Positions 15,265-29,749 of a stretch of 64,000 nucleotides of DNA are shown here, one piece after another (the stretch's first letter is position 1; each line of letters opens with the position of its first letter). This DNA comes from Lama glama. Lineage: Eukaryota. The stretch is taken from contig CM052843.1 in NCBI GenBank assembly GCA_028534125.1, forward strand, positions 14,694,001 to 14,758,000, written 5' to 3'. The notes under the pieces are model-generated. The model was not told the DNA's origin and did not search any database. It saw only the letters and a program-made list of their open reading frames with translations. Position numbers and translations under genes: made by a program.

Positions 15265-15359
15265 CAACTGACCCTTGAACAACACAGGAATTAGGGACTC
15301 CAACCCTCCACGCAGTCCTAAGTCCACAGTGCAAACCCATGTTGTTCAAGGATCAACTG
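15265..15359. mobile_element. Internally deleted MER8/Tigger-type MITE
   Basis: TIRs caactgacccttgaacaaca ... tgttgttcaaggatcaactg. Confidence 0.75.
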
Positions 15360-15614
15360 GATACGTGTGTTCCCTGACCACAGAATCAAACTAGAACTCA
15401 ATAACAGGAAAAGTGCTAAACATTTGGAAACCAAACAATTTATAGCACTAAAATGCTTATATTAGAAAAAAGAAAAAGTCTCAAATTAATATAAGCTCTC
15501 ACCTAGAGAATCTAGAAAAAAAGAAAAACTCCAAGAAGAAGGAGAAAATGATAGGCGCAGATGTCAGTAGAATTGAAAACAAAGTAACAGGAAAACCAAA
15601 TAAAGAGCAAGCTT

Positions 15615-16010
15615 GTTCCTTCTCTGCTCCTCTCTGGACTCATGGAGCCATTTGGAGTCTCCTAAATATGCCGTGTGGCCTCCTAATGAGTACCTTTAAA
15701 CACATTCACTTTTCCTGGAACACCACCATCCTATGTGAGTGGCTCCTACTGACCCTCCTCACTCAGCTCTAGCATCCCCTCCTCTGAGAAGCCTTGCCAA
15801 GCCTCTCATCCCACAGAGGCCTTCTGTACTTATTTAGTAGTATTTCCAGCATCAGTATTACTGATTTCCTTGTTTCATCTCCTCTAGCAAGTATTTCCAG
15901 ATATTCCTGGAAAGCCAGGAATGTACCTTATTTTATCTATGTTTCCTCGATGCCTAATAAGAATGAAGAGTTGACCAGGTGAATAAGTGTTTATTAGATT
16001 GAAGAGGAGT
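15615..16010 (+). mobile_element. L2 3' fragment
   Basis: ctctgagaagcctt...ctggaaagccaggaatgt...gatgcctaa...aagtgtttattagattgaa. Confidence 0.55.
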
Positions 16011-16446
16011 CAACAATTTATTCAGGCTCTTTAAAATAAATGGAAGCACTTCTCTAAATCTTACACACTGCCTCCTTTGAATCAAAACTCATCTTGACTC
16101 TCAGTTTTTAGGAAACAGTCTCCAATGAGTACACAAATTCCCTGATATGATCCACAGGGATTCCTCTGCCCCAGGAAGACCATTATAGTTACTCCATCAA
16201 TCTAAACATATTTATGACAGTTCTTTCCAGTTTCTCACTTTAGAATGTAAACTTCTGAAGGCTAGGGGATTCTGTAATTCTTATGGACCTAGGACACAGT
16301 TCTTTAACTCTAGAAACTTTACAAATAGTAGCTGATTCTTTAAAATGAACAGAAAAGACGACCACTCGAAAAAATAACTACGTACTAGAGATCAAATTAG
16401 GCGAAAAAAGGAAACAATGTAAATGTATCATCTCTTAAAATAATCA

Positions 16447-16623
<177 letters not shown>

Positions 16624-19600
16624 TCATCTGGCACCAAAATGACAGAATAAAACATTTAATCACCGAAAGGAAAATCATGAGCTCTAACGTTAACAAACAC
16701 AGGCAGTTTCTAGCGTTCCCATTGAAGGTCTCCATGGAAAGGACCTTTAGTTATGTTATACTGTTGTCTAACAGTGTATGCAATCTCTGAATTATAATTT
16801 AACCTTACTCAATTTTTTATTTTACAGGTCACTAAAACTGGTTTAAAAAAAACCCTCTGTTCGTCCTAAAACATTGAGAAAATTTTTAGAATTTAAGCAT
16901 TATACATCAGTTCTTTTCTGAAGAGATTTAGTTTAAAAAAAAGTATAGGAATAAGAACAAATGACCAATTTGTGCAAAATCTGGGAACATTTTGAAATGA
17001 ATATTACATAGGTATGCTATTATAATACTGAAAATACATTTTTTAATCTTTAAATCTCTTGTTTTTAAATAAAAGTATTAACTATACTAAAGAACCAAAA
17101 AAACATAGCAATAGAACAGAATTCTCCAGCTGGTCTTCAACACACAGATGAAGGAACAGAATATTCTGAAATACAACAAAGAAAAAGGATTCAAGTTCTG
17201 AAATTTACCTTGAAAAAATGGAAATATAACTGTATTGAAGTTCTGTTATAAGTATAATGCCTCAGAGGCAGATGACCAATGAATAATAATTTAAAAATTA
17301 AGTTATCAGATCAATGTAGTATTTCCTACAAACTGAAGTGAGGTTTAACTAAAAATGAAAATGCGGACTTTTCAACTGAAGAAAAAAGTTTAAAAGACCA
17401 AAGAGATTTACATATTAATGTATTTATCAGAAAGGTTCTACTGTAACCCATGCTTTATCTGAACCTTCTTAATACTAACATTGCCAAATGAAGCTTTTGG
17501 AAGCTACACTTAAGTAATACTTCTTCCTCAACTGTAAAATATACCATACAACCACAGAATAGTAATATGGTTAAAATTTTAAATATCTTTAATATTAGGA
17601 ATAAAATTTTAACTAAACATATTGACTGCTATTATGTGTATCCATTCTGATATCATAATTACCTAACATTATCAACTTAACAAAAGTAGTATTAAAAAAC
17701 TGACATTTTAACAGTAACTCAGTAAGAACATCAAGTATTTAAAATACCTTAAATTATGGCTTTTGGGGAGTACAGGGGTCCAGGGAAGAGAAAAAACAAG
17801 TGTATTAAAAAGAGTAGAAATTTAAGAACTTAAACCTGGGCAAAAAACAAAAACAAAGGAACTAATAATGGAATCAAGTTGAAAAGGCTTTCAAAAATAC
17901 CAGTGTTTTAAGGCATGTAGTAGAATAATTGTGGTCAGAAGAGAAAAAAGGGAGAACTTAAGCAAGTACACTGTCAAGGGATATGATCAAAGAAAAATCA
18001 AAAAGAAGATTTTTGTACCTTTCCATTGTATGTTTTAGAAGTGTACCCAAATAAGTCAATAAACAAACACTCAGTAAATGGGTATCTTGTACAACTGAAA
18101 TAATATCACTAAACTCGGCATCACACCTGATCTCAAGAGCCTGAGAATATGGTAATAGAATCTGTTTCTATCCGTTATTGAAAACAGAATGGTGTATTAA
18201 TATTCCCATAACATTATAAAAGGGAGACGCTAAGTGGGCTACATGGAGATCCAGGAACGGGAAGGTCCCCAAAAAAGGAAGCTCTTAGAAGACAGTGTTT
18301 AATGGGCTGTTTTGTATAAGTGACAGATCATAAAGAAACCTGAGGGTGCCTTCCTCAAGGTGCTAGTTCATGAAGATCAATCTGATTATATAACTTTTTG
18401 TTTAGTAAATAAAATTCTGTTCCAATACAGTTACTGGTTGGTAGGAAGAAAGGTTTATTTAAGATAAATAAAATCTTGTTTTGACCTCAAGACTTCTTAC
18501 TTTCCCGTAAAGTTACAAAGAGCGCTGTTTTCTTCCCAGAAATTTTTGTTCATAAAAGGAAGCAAAATGATATTTTTCTAAGAATACTCAAAAATATGAA
18601 AGTTAAACCCAATTTTGTGACAGCTTTTCAGAGTACTTTATAAAGACCATACAATAATTGTTTTATATCTGTAATAACTTCACATATTAAACATGAAATG
18701 TTGATTTTGTACAAACTTAAAAAAAATTATTCCATGGACTTAGTTTGCAGTCTAAGTAGTGATTATATTCAGTCACTGAAATAACAGTATGCCTATAACA
18801 TGTGCTCAATGAGATGAAAACGTTAATGATACTGTCAAGAACCAGTTCCAGAACTGATAATATCTTTATCATTTCTAATTGACATCCTGTCCCACAAAAC
18901 AAAGTAGTTTTAATATTTAAGTCATGCATCTACATAACAGTGATTTATGCCACTAAAAAAAAGAAGCCTAACAAAATCCCTGGGGAAACCAAACTTATAC
19001 AGAAAACAAAGTAAAACTGAAAATACAGTAACATTAATCTTTTTTTAAAAGGCCACGTCATTTGTTGCTGAAATGCACACTCAGTAACTGAAGTATGAAA
19101 CAGAGGACAATTCACTGAGTCAAGAACCAGTTTAGGTGAGGTCAGTGTAGGCAAGGGGACTGACAGCGTGGATTCTTAGAAGCATGATTTAGAGCCCACT
19201 ACTGGCATGCATGGGTGACTGATGGGAAGTTTGAAAAAGGAAAGATCAACTTACTGAAGGTTCCAGCAAGGTCCTGTCTTACCACAGCTATTGTTAGTAA
19301 GGGAGGGAAAAAGAAAACACAGTGAAGGGAATAGAGAAAAAATTTGTTTAAATCAAGGGCATTATAAAATTTTAAATAAAAATTAGCACAATTGGTTGCT
19401 AAGTATTCAAATTTCTTTCAGAAAACTATAAAAAGCATGTCATTCAGACCAAAACTCAGTAACAGCATTGTACTTTTACTGATTTTGAGAAGTTCAACAT
19501 TTGATACAATGTTAATTATCCAAGGTTCAATTCTATTTCAAGAATTATACCAAAGTAATTTTAGGTAATTTTAAATATTCTGATAATGTAAACTATAACT

Positions 19601-22600
19601 GAGGAAATTGATTCATCTAACAAAATGCATAAAAGAAAAGTATAATGCTTGTACAGAAGTTGAAATACTTAGAATAACATATAAGAGCAGCTAACTTTGT
19701 CCTCATGTGACTTTTCATAAAATAAACACACTGGTACTGGGAACTAAGATTCTCTCAGTTTCTTGCAAAGAAGGGTGTAAGAGTAAATATATTCAGTTTA
19801 TTTTACCACCATTTGTTTACAGCCAAATGTCAAAACATGTATTCTTAAAAGCAACACAGTAAAATAGTAACTTCTAGCTTTTTCACTAACAGATTTCATT
19901 TCCTCTTTTTCTACTAACTTCCGCCATAGTAAGAAACACTGAAGGCAGAATATCTCCATTTTGATACAGGGACACACAGTGACACCAAAAGGCTGAGCAG
20001 TGCACCTGTGTAAAGAACACCAACCAAATACTCGAGCTGAGACTCAGCCACTAAGCCACTTTTTAAAAAATTGAGCATTTATGGAAGATTTCTATTTGTG
20101 ACACACCTAGAATGGGGGGGGGGGCGGGGAACGTAGGGGGAGAACAGGTAGAAGAAAAAGGACCAGGGAGACCAGAGGGAGGGAAACGTGTGTCTGTCTC
20201 TCAAAATCATCTAAGAAGGTAAGCGACAGTGTCTCCATGGAGAAACAAGTCTTTAAGACGTCAATTACCGAGAACGAAGAAAATGTCACAAACATTGGTT
20301 ATTTACAGAGCTGGGCTTCAAATTACTAAGCCACGCTACCAAATTGATAAAATGTAATACTTGTATCATGGATTCAGTTATCCTTAACAGCCATTTTAGA
20401 GCTACAAATCTCAAGAAACGGACATCACATACAGTACGATGTCACATTAGCACATTCCAGATTATCAGACAGTAACTGGGGAGAGTGTTAGGTTTAACAG
20501 TGACTTGCGGTATGAATTCAGGTACTTATCCTCAAATGGCTCAGACATCAAAGACCTCAACTGCGTCTCCCACCTCACGAGCTCCTGACACACGGGCCTT
20601 GTCTTAGTTCCTCAAACAATAACTTCAGTCTTGTCCAAGGACCTCTGCACATAGTGTTCTTTCTGCCCACAACAGCCCCACCATCACCTCCTTCCCTCTC
20701 CCCAGCTCTTTGCAGGGCTGGCTCTTTCTAATCCTCAAATGTCATTCCTGCAGAGAGGTCTTCCTGGACCACTGTTACCAATAAAACCGCATGACTAGCA
20801 CACTTCCATTATGCACGAATTATGTACCAGTTATGACACTCAGGACTTCACACGGATCATCCTGTCTAACCCTCACAAAGTAATGTGCCCATCCTGCTCA
20901 TCATTTATATGTTACTCGCCTGCAGATATATGGGTCAGCTGATGACAGTGAAAAGATGGTGTCATTGAGAAAGAACATACTGAGGCTTAAGATTTCAGAG
21001 GTGAAACAGTTGTGAGGGTGACAGAGTTGAGGCGTTGCCTACGAGAGTGGGTACTAGAAAAGGAATGGAAGTGAAAGTCAACAGGAGTAGAGGAAGTAAA
21101 GAAAATATGAGACCAAGTTTCAGATGAGCCCAAAAGACACTGAAATCACCCAGAACAACAAAGGACTGGTTTTTGACTACCTAACTCCTGCCTCATTCTC
21201 AAATTTAATCCATATCGACTTCCATCTCTCAAATATGGCCCTATAGTGGTGTCTACCCTCCCTGGATCCAAGTGTTGTTCCTCAGTTCCAGACTTTCTAT
21301 AGTAGTATTTACTCATGTTGGACTCTTAGACAGTCCAAATACACCCCATATCAGACTCCCAAATGAGCCAGAGAAAACTGCAAAAATGAAATGTAATTTT
21401 ATGACTCTAAACTGCATCCTTTCTATTTTTTGAAGACTATGTTTTTCATATTTCCAATAGATGTAGTTTAAAAAACAGAAGATAGAGGAATAATAGCAGA
21501 TTTAAAATATCTAAGTGGCAGATAAAACACTCACTTTAATATTGATGTTGAATTTTAAAAGATGCAGCATGCTACAAAACTGCCTGGACATAAAAATCCC
21601 ACTATAAACAAATGTCTTCTGTCTTCCACTACATTCTAAAGTGGGTCACCAACATTTCTCTTACCTTACTCCTCTCCTTATGTTTGTTACTCTTTTCAAA
21701 TGCAGCTCCTATACTAAATCTAAAATTTTTATTCTGCTCAGACCCTTCTAAGTGACTAACAACACTGAGAAGGAGAATTCTTCCAAGGAAATAAACTTGG
21801 CTCCAGTACTCTGGCCCACTGACTGTCAAGGCAGATTTGGGTTGCTACCAGAAAATGCCAGATTATCTCCGTGTCCTTTCATATGTCTCTAGCTACATGA
21901 ACACAAGTGCTGAAGCAAGTTCTCCTGCAAGGAGGTTAAGCAGACAGACAGATAAAAATAAAATTCTAATGGAACTGAGCAATCAGAAGAAAAGTTAATA
22001 AGCCTTCGTTAATTAACACAATAGCTACTTGAAGGAAGCTGACAAATAAAGTAATCAGTGATTGGTGTCTTTAAGTGAATTCTCAGAAATTGTGCTTGAG
22101 CAAATTACTACCACAGGTTTCTGCATTTTGATTAAAAGAATAGTCCATCATTTGATAAAAATTACTTGGTGAAAGTTCTAACCTGTCAGTCTCTAGATGG
22201 GTGCACAAAGGTTTTGCAGGTCAATTTGCAAGCAGCACAACAGGGAACAGCCTTGTTAGTCAACCTGAACAAACACCAATTTCTACCACTCACTTAGGAA
22301 CAGATTTTTTAATATGTACAAGGAGGAGGGATTTATAAATAAGACAATCCCTAAAAAGCTCTCAGGGGCACTTGTGAGCTTCTGAATTGTGAGCTAAACG
22401 TATCTTCCACATTTCACATGCTAATCTATCATTCAAAATTGGTATAGATACCTGCTGAACTTTATTTCCTTAAATGTTGAACTGAAAGGTTTTGTCACAT
22501 TACTGCTGTAGAGAATTAATGAAAAACAAGAGCAAAGCTCTGTGATATGTCTTAACCCTGTAACAGTAAGGAACAACAACCCAAATCAAGAAAACAGGAA

Positions 22601-22850
22601 TTTGTCTCCAAGCAAAGAGTTGAGCTGCTCCTGATTTGATGCTAGAAGAGAATGTTCAAGGTCACCTGGGAATTAGCAACTGCTTAGATTATTCCATGCG
22701 TCTAAATCGTCGTATATGTATTGTTAAGGATAAATGTCTTAAAGAGCTTAAATGATCACTTCACAGAGGAACTAAAATTAGAAAGACTTAACTGTGGTTT
22801 TTATCCTCTTTTATTTTACTGATAGTGACATCAATAGGGGGAGAGGTTCA

Positions 22851-23051
<201 letters not shown>

Positions 23052-23188
23052 TCAGAAGTTTAATTATAAGACTCATAGAACCATTAATACAAGGCATTAG
23101 ACAACTGACTGCACGACATGCTGACACATTAATTATGGGATCAGAATGCTCTAAATGTTACAAGAAATGAGCTGCTATTTCCCAAATA

Positions 23189-23272
23189 AGGTGTAGCTCA
23201 GTGGTAGAGTGTGTGCTTAGCATGCACGAGGTCCTGGGTTCAAGTCCCAGTACCTCCATTAAAAAAAAAAAT
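23189..23272 (+). mobile_element. Camelid tRNA-derived SINE (Vic-1-like, short form)
   Basis: gtgtagctcagtggtagagtgtgtgcttagcatgcacgaggtcctgggttcaagtcccagtacctccatt+poly(A); A and B boxes. Confidence 0.88.
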
Positions 23273-26200
23273 TAAAGAATATATATAGCAGGTTGTTATT
23301 AATGCAATGAAGTTAAATGTAAGACATTATATAAAAATGTAAAAGAATAACTAGTAATTGTAAAATAATACTATATTTGGGGTAAAATTTTCTATTTTCA
23401 TTAGGTTTTCATACTATTCTGCAAAGGAATCACTATTTTATTTTCTCTGCTATATTTTTAGTTTAAGAATTTTTTATACACATCAATTTTTTAAAACTAT
23501 GAGTTACTTTTGTTATAGTTGACTTTCAAAACAAATGCAAAGTTAAAAGTTCAGAATTTCAATCTGTACCATGCAGGACGCTGCATTTTGTTTGCCACAC
23601 AAGAAAGGCTGGCCAAGGGTGAGTAGGGGCCAAAAGCCAGCTGCACGACTTCTTCCTGTGAGGCCTTGTCTCAGGCAGAGGTGCCTTCTCCTTAGTCACA
23701 CAAAGGCATTAATGGGCTAGTGATGGCCCCGAGGAGCACAGCTTCTCAGAGGAAATCGTAATACACAGAGGACATTATGCTATGCTTAAAGCAAAAACAA
23801 ACACAAATCTTAACGCAAAAGCAAACAAAAAACACATAGTAGAATGTTAAATCATTACGAATTGTACCTTGAAACTTCTCCCCAAGTATATGATCTTTCC
23901 TTAAAGAGAAAAACTATCCATCTGTTTTGAATGCTAAACCTGAAAGCCTGGACAGAAGAGGTAGAGAGAGGTGGTATGCTATTAAAGGCAATTAAAAAAA
24001 ATGATACGACTATTTACTTAATTCATTAGACATTCAATTATGTCCTAAAACTAAATTTATGGTGCCCAATCAGTTGGCATGTGTTCTGAGCAATGGACAT
24101 TGACCCCTTTTTAAAGTCACTCCATGCCCATTCTAATTTAAGGAATGGAATTACCCTATCATCAACAGTATGACCAAGCAATGTTACTGTAAACAGTGGT
24201 GGCTCCAATACGTAACCCTAACTAGACCTTTAGATCATTATAAAGCATGCACAACTTGTAAAATGAGCAGAGAGGCAATCTAACTTCTCAGATTTTTAGC
24301 AATCAAATCCAATTTAAGGTTAACAGCGTGAGTCAAAGTGAGATCATGGGGTATATATAATACCTCTGGCATCTGCCTCAGCTTTTATATAAATCTCATC
24401 ATCAGTATATTCAAAGTTTTATTGACTATTACCTAGGAGAGTTCCAGAAAGTTCTATAACCTACACTGGCCACTGTAACCAACAAAAAACGGTAACTCTC
24501 TAGAAATGTAAATTAAAAGGATGGTATAGATTGGAAAATTGGTCAGTGGAAAGTTAACAAGACATCAATATTGAAATATGAATATTAAAAAAAGAATATA
24601 AGGGGCAAAGTTACTGTGAAGCTTAGAAGAGAATCACCTGGAGTTGAGGAATGCAAATCACTCACACCAGTGACCAGACAGAGGATCATCACGTGAACAG
24701 TGTTATTAACACATGAAAACTAAGAGGAGGAAAATCATCCGACTAGAGGGAATCACAGTCTTACTGATTCAACATAAGAGGCCAAGAAAAAAGAACAGGG
24801 CAAGTAATTCTAAAATAGACAGTATTTAAGCAAACTCTTTACCTTATACATGCTAATAGGCATTGAAAACTTTTTAAAAAATATCCATAGGGCAATAATA
24901 ACTACACCACTCAACCACTTCTCTTCTCATGTCTTCTATTTAGCCACAGGACAAATCTCCTCTGTGACGCAGGAGTAGTAGAATGCTACTTATGCATCAC
25001 AATGTGACAATTACATAATCAGAATCTTCCATCTCTCCAGTAAGCAAACATCTTAACTGCAGATGAAGAAGACAAAAAAGCTCACAAAGAAAAGTTTAGA
25101 AAGGACTTGCCAAGGTCAGGAACTAAGGTTTCTGCCAGCTTTTAACATTCCTCGCTAGGCATGCTTCAGGGCTAAGTTTCAACCATCATCTCCCCATCTG
25201 CTTAGTATCAGAAGGGAAGGATACCAGGTGCTTTCCACATGAAGAAGTGGCCCAAAGATTCAGCTATTACTGAGAAGGAGAAAGTAGACTATTTAGGCTT
25301 CTTATACGAAGTTACGAGAAGTAAAAGAACAGATTGCTTTATGTGATTATTTTTTCAGGTATACACAGTAGACTAACTTAATGCTGTTCTGTCACTTGTG
25401 AACCGCATAGCACTGAGCACCAAAAAATACGAGCAAAGGTCTACATAAGCTAAGGACTGGGATATTTAGAAAGAAGAGGAGCCATAACTTTTACTGGATT
25501 GTTGCAAAAGTAAAGTAAGGGGAAGGAGCAGCTAACTTCCAGAAACTCTAAATCTAGGTCTTCCTTCATTTTTTCTATTCAGCCCTCATGAAGGGGGAGA
25601 AATTATAAATGGCTGTGAAGAAATAATGAACAGATGGCATGAAAAGTCACCATCTGTGCACTGGGAGGCTGTACGGCCCAAGTGCATCTCTTGCCCTGAC
25701 TGGTGGCTGAACTATGTCTTGTCAGCACATTTGTTTGCAGAAGGAAAGACTTTCTGTAAAGATAAACGGTCATTAATATTTTTTCAGATGTAAGAGAGAG
25801 GGCAGGGAGAAAGCTGTCATTACTAGACAATTCGATTTCATTAAAAAACAAGACTTCAATTCCATTAAGAAATAATTAAATAACAGTAATTATTAAACAG
25901 AAAAACTTTGTTTTGCTTTATTTACAAGAACTACTGATAAATAATGTAATAATGAATCTGTGTGGTGGGGGGGTGTTTGCATGTCTGAGTCTAGTAATAA
26001 CAGTCCATGCATGACGTTTAGCAACAGAGTTTGAAATTGATGACAGGGAGGATGACAACAGGAAAGCAATTTGTTCTTCTTTAACAATGTGAAATTCTAC
26101 TGTCGAAGTGCTGGAGTGTGAGGCTGGAATCTGAAGCTGTCATCTGTCTCAACATGATGACTGCACTCAGGCTTTATAGACTAGTTTAATCTATATTTCT

Positions 26201-26837
26201 ATTTGAGAGCCATCATTTAGCAGGAGGAAGTATAAACTTAATTCTAAAAAATGTATCTTTTTCAAGAAAAACTATGTTGTATTAACCAAAAGGTTCTTAT
26301 TCTGAGGTTCACATCTCCCTGAAATTATATGTAACACTGTATGTATACACAAAAAAACTGTATGTACATACAACAGTTTTCTGGGAAAAAGGCCCATACC
26401 ATGAACAAATTTTCAGGGAGTCTAGGACAGGACCCAACAAAGTGTAAATTCTTAATTCTAAGGGAGCCTGGGAAAAATAAAAAGTGTGTCTTGGGGAGCA
26501 GGGGTAGAGAGGGGAAGATGAACTTCTATAACAATTCTGAAATCCCCAAGTGAAGATAGCACTTCCCTCAGTTCTCTCCTTCCTCACGCTACGCTCCTAG
26601 CCACAGTCACATTCTTCCTCCAAGGCACAAAACGAAAACAAGGGTACAATGCTTAAGTATTACTGGAAATATATTACTAACTCAGATCAGATATTTGCTA
26701 TAACTTTGCAACATAAAATACTGAGATTAATCAGAATCACATTAGTTTCATATTATCCTTGCTTCCTCTAGTTTAAAAATATTTTTACTTAAGGGCATAA
26801 ATATAGTAATAACAGACTGAGTTTGGACAAATGTGAA

Positions 26838-27050
26838 TACAGCTGATTTGAACAACGCTGAAGTTCGGGGCGCCAACACCATGCTCCTTCCCCAACAAAA
26901 ATCTGCACTTAACTCCCTTCCCCGGGGTTCCATGTCTGCGAGTTCAACCAAACTGGACTGTGAAGTACTGTAGTATTTACTACTGAAAAAAATCTACATA
27001 TGAGTGAACCCAAGCAGTTCAAATCCATATTGTTCGAGGGTCGACAGTAT
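26838..27050. mobile_element. MER8-like Tigger MITE
   Basis: tacagctgatttgaacaac ... attgttcgagggtcgacagtata terminal inverted repeats. Confidence 0.75.
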
Positions 27051-27109
27051 ATAGTTTCAAATACAAACAAATGTTGAGACAAAAAGGCAGGCAGTCAAAA
27101 GAAAACAAA

Positions 27110-27530
27110 GGCCACGGCAGCATTCAGGCCTGGTTCTAAAAGCAGGCTCTCCCATTTCCTGTCTGTATAATGTTGGCAAAGTAAGGATCCCTCTGCTTCC
27201 CTTTCCTCATCTGTAAAAATAGGGACAGCATCTACTTCATGAGCCTATGAACATTAGATGAGTCATTTACATATAATGTCTTTAATAAATACTGCCTTCT
27301 TTGCCTTCTATCATAAGAGGTAGAAAAGTACACTAAAAAAAGGAAGGATTTTGGAGTCAGAATTGGATTCATATTACAGCTCTGCCACATATTAGTCGGG
27401 TAACTTCAGACAAGTCAGTTAAACACTCCGAACCTCAGATCCCTCACCTGTGTAAAAAAAAAAGGTTGCTCAAGTGAACATACACGTACGTTAAAGAACT
27501 GGGCATAGGAAGCCCATGCGCGGTAGCTAT
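27110..27530 (+). mobile_element. Two tandem MIR SINE remnants
   Basis: tttcctcatctgtaaaaatagg and aacctcagatccctcacctgtgtaaaa MIR cores. Confidence 0.65.
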
Positions 27531-29611
27531 TATAGGGGTGCTGTATATAAAATACACAGTATAGTGAAATACAGAGAGCCAACAATCATCACCAGTTGTC
27601 CTAATGGCAAAAACCAAACCCTGATCTCAAAACCTGCACTTTTAAAAAATCAGATAAAATATGTAAAGGATGAAGACAGTTTCTGCCCTTGAATACATTC
27701 AAAGTATCAAGTTCATTTATACGTCAAACCAGTGAGGAAAATATGTATTTAGCATTGAAAAGTGGAGCTAAAAAGTTTTTATTTTCACAAACCCAAAGGT
27801 AAAATGTTGGTAAACTACATCCCCCCTTTTATTCTTAGGTAGCAGGCTAAGAGCTCCTGGAAACTAAGATAGAAAAGAACTCTAAAGGTTTAAACTGCTT
27901 CTTGTTAGAAGAAAACTTATTTTTATATAGATTTTCAGTGAATGGATTAAAGTTGATAACTATATGTTACATTAAAAAAATGATCTTTCCATCAGTTATT
28001 AGCAGAAAGGGCCCTCAGCTGTGATTACAATATTGGGAACAAGTTAATGCTCTTTCACATGGACCATTCTTTGGTGAAAGTCACGTTTCACAGCTCAAAA
28101 ACGAACAAAGCTAAATAAGTAAACTAAGCTAAATAGAGTGTGTTATCTGTTCCTGAAACAAAATTCTGCCCTTTGGCCTCAATCAGCTCTGGTCACATTT
28201 GCCGGACTTGGGGCGGGGGCAGGGGAATGACAGAGCAAAGCCACGGGAAAGTGAGTGTCACTGAATGTGCCCACACTACACACATGCCACCGTGCTGAGT
28301 ATTTCACACACTGTCTATAACCCACAGGCTCACTCAGCAGTAGCAGTTCCTTCTATCTGTCATTTGTAAACAAAGAAAGTAACTGGCAACAATAAATTTA
28401 AGACCCAAGTTTGTTTGAATCCAAGACCTACAATCTTTCCACTAAACTATACTTCTTACCAAAATTGCAAATAAATAGGAATCATAAATTTTAAAGCTTC
28501 ACTTTTGGGGAATCATCAGCAACAAAAGCTTCCTGTGTTTCTGAAAGGAAAAGAAATTATTCTGCTGTCAGTACTGAAATGTTAATCCACCCTGTGCAGC
28601 CAAGTGGTGGCAAGTAACAGATGAGAAGGGCGGCATAGCTGCGTTAAGCGAAGCTCAAATCATGGGAAGATGTAACTGAAAAAGATGAAAATACTATTAA
28701 GCTTACAAATCATTTTCCCGTTGTTTATCCTCAAATATAAAAATCTCAAAACTATGCAACTATAAAACAGGGTAATTTTATTTGGTTCTTTGCTTTTTAT
28801 CTCCAAAGAAAATAAATGTTACTTTGGTGGGGGGGGGGGTGTAGTGGGGCTAAAAGTTCAAACTTCTCTTAGCAAGATATGAAGAAACATAAAATAAAAA
28901 CAAAAAAGTAGAAGCAGTGCATTAAAAAGTATACCTATATTCAAATTATGTAACCTGCCTATATCTTTAATGAATAAAACTTAATTCAGTGTCACTGATA
29001 ACAAAACACAGAATTTGAAAGTGAAAAACAAATACTCCACAAAGTATGCCTGGCACAATTACTACTCTACTACCTTTACACTGGACCTGAAAAACAAATA
29101 TGTATCAGGAGAAAATATCTTTTAAAATGTCAAGATTAGAACAAACATCTTTGGCATAGAATAACCATATGATACCAATTTTTTCCTTTGTATCTATAGT
29201 TGTTGTATTTTAGGAGACATGACTTACCTTTTACTTTAAACAGCTATATGATAAACCACATTTTAACAGCATTCAATATTAATAGTTCTACAACATTCAG
29301 AGTTGTCAAGTATTAGTCAAACATTTCATTCAATGATCTCTACATATATTTAAGACTTTTCGTCACTAATAACAAATGCATTGCTTTTAACAGTCACATG
29401 AATACTGGTTAAATTTTCAGCGTAACCCAGAAAGTTACTCCCTCACTTAGCATGCTGGGTAAAGATTCACTTCCATGATTTAAATAGTAAGCAAATTAAA
29501 TAGTACATAAACACATTGAATTAAAAAATGTTAGCCATATATAGATTCACTTCACTTTCTCAAAAAAAATTCTTAATGTCTGGATTTTAAAAATAAATTT
29601 TGAGCACTCAC

Positions 29612-29674
29612 CGATTGCATGCTTCCAACCTGTTGAAAAACCATCCTAATTAGGCGTTTAATCCAGCCAAGCAT
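29612..29674 (-). CDS. MTFR1: MTFR1 first coding segment (MLGWIKRLIRMVFQQVGSMQS)
   Basis: ATG at 29674-29672, 63 nt to GTGAGT donor; matches recalled MTFR1 N-terminus; spliced CDS totals 1008 nt. Confidence 0.95.
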
Positions 29675-29749
29675 TTAGATGGCAGTCTTTCCAAATCTGC
29701 ATTTCAAGTACTGCAGGCATACATAGCAGCACATGGTCCATAAAGCACA
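29675..29749 (-). other. MTFR1: MTFR1 5'UTR part of exon 2, containing five upstream AUGs
   Basis: aatttcag acceptor (AG at 29751-29750); 75 nt to the main ATG. Confidence 0.8.

Larger units (their letters stand above)
14260..15610 (+). mobile_element. Old L1 remnant interrupted by younger insertions
   Basis: A-rich L1-like sequence (caatagaaatcatccaatatgaa, gcacacattctttt, tatagcactaaaatgcttatattagaaaa). Confidence 0.7.

Noticed and set aside
23189-23272. tRNA-like sequence with A and B boxes
   Set aside because: Followed by poly(A) and repeated at 15.1, 31.7 and 62.0 kb, some with TSDs: SINE, not a tRNA gene
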